The notes under the pieces: model-generated
Told to the model about the DNA's origin: nothing
The model's database searches: none
The model's input: only the letters and a program-made list of their open reading frames with translations
In this document: positions 62,560 to 64,000 of the stretch, one piece after another
Layout: each line of letters begins with the position of its first letter
Numbering within the stretch: position 1 is the stretch's first letter
Translations under genes and position numbers: made by a program
Assembly: GCA_028534125.1 (NCBI GenBank)
Contig: CM052816.1
Coordinates: 55,244,001 to 55,308,000 of the forward strand
DNA length: 64,000 nucleotides
Reading direction: 5' to 3'
DNA from: Lama glama
Lineage: Eukaryota

Positions 62560-64000
62560 AACTTCCACTTCCAGCCAAGATGCCATTTACAACAGAGATT
62601 ACATTTACCTTCCCATCTGAAAAAATAATGACAACAACAGCAACAGCAAAACCTAGATAAAATATACAAAAAACCCGTTTTCAAGACACTGAACACAAAG
62701 AAATGAAGGACAGAGATCCTGGGAGACAAAAACAAACACGGTGAGCCTGATGAGTGTTTCCAGCGTGCTGCCTGGCGAGTTTCTAAGCTGTGATGCAGGG
62801 AGGGAAAATGCAGGGGACACCCAGCACACTTCCTGAACTCCGGAGACATTGCTCAGAGCTCAGGGAGACCAAGGTGGCTCCATTTTGCCAGATAGAGGAC
62901 CAGAGAGGAGAATGCTGTGCAGAGAGAGAACTATAGACATCTGCCAAGGAATCCCCTCAAGGATTCAGCTGAGTACTGGTCACCACCTGCATGTGAGAAA
63001 CCACTGGAGGCTGGGGAAACACCCACCTGAGAAGATTAGAGGTAACAGTGCCCAAAGCTCACACAGGACATGGAAAAATGCTTGTTCCCACCAGCCAGGA
63101 TGGAGAGCCTCATGATTCATGGGACGCTGTGTAGAGCACACAGAGGATCCTGCCTCAGCATCAAAACACAATTAACCCTAGATGAGCACTGGACCAGTCC
63201 CACCTGACATCAAACTCTTTCTAAGTGACTCCATTTCTGAACGAAGCTCAGGAATACACACTGACACAGATGTGGTAATTAGTAAATAAGAAAACTCAAA
63301 GAGTTATTATAACTGTATTCCATATGTTCAGAAAGTTAAGTAGAACTATGGATGATATAAACAAAATTATACAATAGTATATTACAAAGGATAATTATGA
63401 CCAACTGAAATTTACCTTAGGAATGCATGGTAGGTTTATCATTTAAAAATCAGTCAATGTAATTCACTATATCAACAAATTAAAAACAAAGCATCATTTG
63501 ATTATGTCAATTCATGCAAACAAAGGCATTTAACAAAATCCAACATCCACTCAGAATAATAACTTTTAGCAAACTAGGATTAGAAGGGAACTTCCTCAAC
63601 TCAAAGTAAAAGACATCTACAAAAACCTACAACTTACGTCATACCTAATAGTGAGTGTTTTCTCCCCAAGGTTAGAAACAAGTTGTTCTCATCACTTACA
63701 TTCAACATTGTACTGAAGGTTCTAGCCAGTGGAATAAATAAGGAAAAAGTAATAAACTGTACCCAGATTAGAGAAGAAGTACAATTGACTTTATCACTGA
63801 GGACATAATAATATAGAGTACTGATGCATTCATCTGTGTGGACTCTCCAAAGTCTGAGAGCTGAACATTATCCAATTACAAGACTTATTATAAAGCTACT
63901 ATATTCAAGACAGTGTGCTGTTGGTGGCAAGACAGACAAATACATAAATGGAATAGAGAGTCCAGAAACAGACTTACCCAAGTATGGAAAACATTTTCGA
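62560..64000 (+). mobile_element. Old L1 (L1M-type) 5'UTR-like segment followed by ORF2 fragments; runs off the window
   Basis: acttccacttccagccaagatg start; later aaaatcagtcaatgtaattcactatatcaaca and attcaacattgtactgaaggttctagccag are ORF2 motifs. Confidence 0.8.

Noticed and set aside
1..64000. Prokaryote-type systems (CRISPR arrays, operons, defence islands), tRNA or rRNA genes, mitochondrial insertions
   Set aside because: The sequence is mammalian intron, promoter and intergenic DNA; I saw no regularly spaced repeat array, operon-like ORF cluster, or recognisable tRNA, rRNA or mtDNA sequence.

Overview
This is eukaryotic (placental mammal) genomic DNA, not microbial. Most of the window is ancient eutherian repeats (L2, MIR, L1M, MLT1, hAT MERs) plus younger 5'-truncated L1 copies. 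Their 3' UTRs resemble cetartiodactyl, probably camelid, L1s, and I see no Alu, B1, SINEC, PRE1 or Bov-A SINEs. I found no intact protein-coding exon; nearly all listed ORFs are spurious (CpG island, repeats, N-gap). A CpG island at ~24.4-27.2 kb holds a minus-strand, AUG-free first exon (donor at 25939) that would splice across a ~25.8 kb intron to an AUG-free exon starting at 90. From memory these match 5'-UTR exons 1 and 2 of SGMS1 (sphingomyelin synthase 1); this needs BLAST confirmation. Upstream (27-64 kb) looks intergenic. It contains a decayed SAP18 processed pseudogene inserted in an MLT1 LTR, an intact ERV1-type solo LTR, several L1s with clear target-site duplications (TSDs), a tailless U2 snRNA fragment nested in an L1, and a 500-N scaffold gap. 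I cannot support a new biological system. The best leads are divergent-lncRNA splice signals, a repeat-free 2 kb block with an exon-bounded ORF, a 58-bp local templated duplication, and the retro-insertion events. Repeat family names come from recall of consensus sequences, and boundaries of old repeats are approximate.
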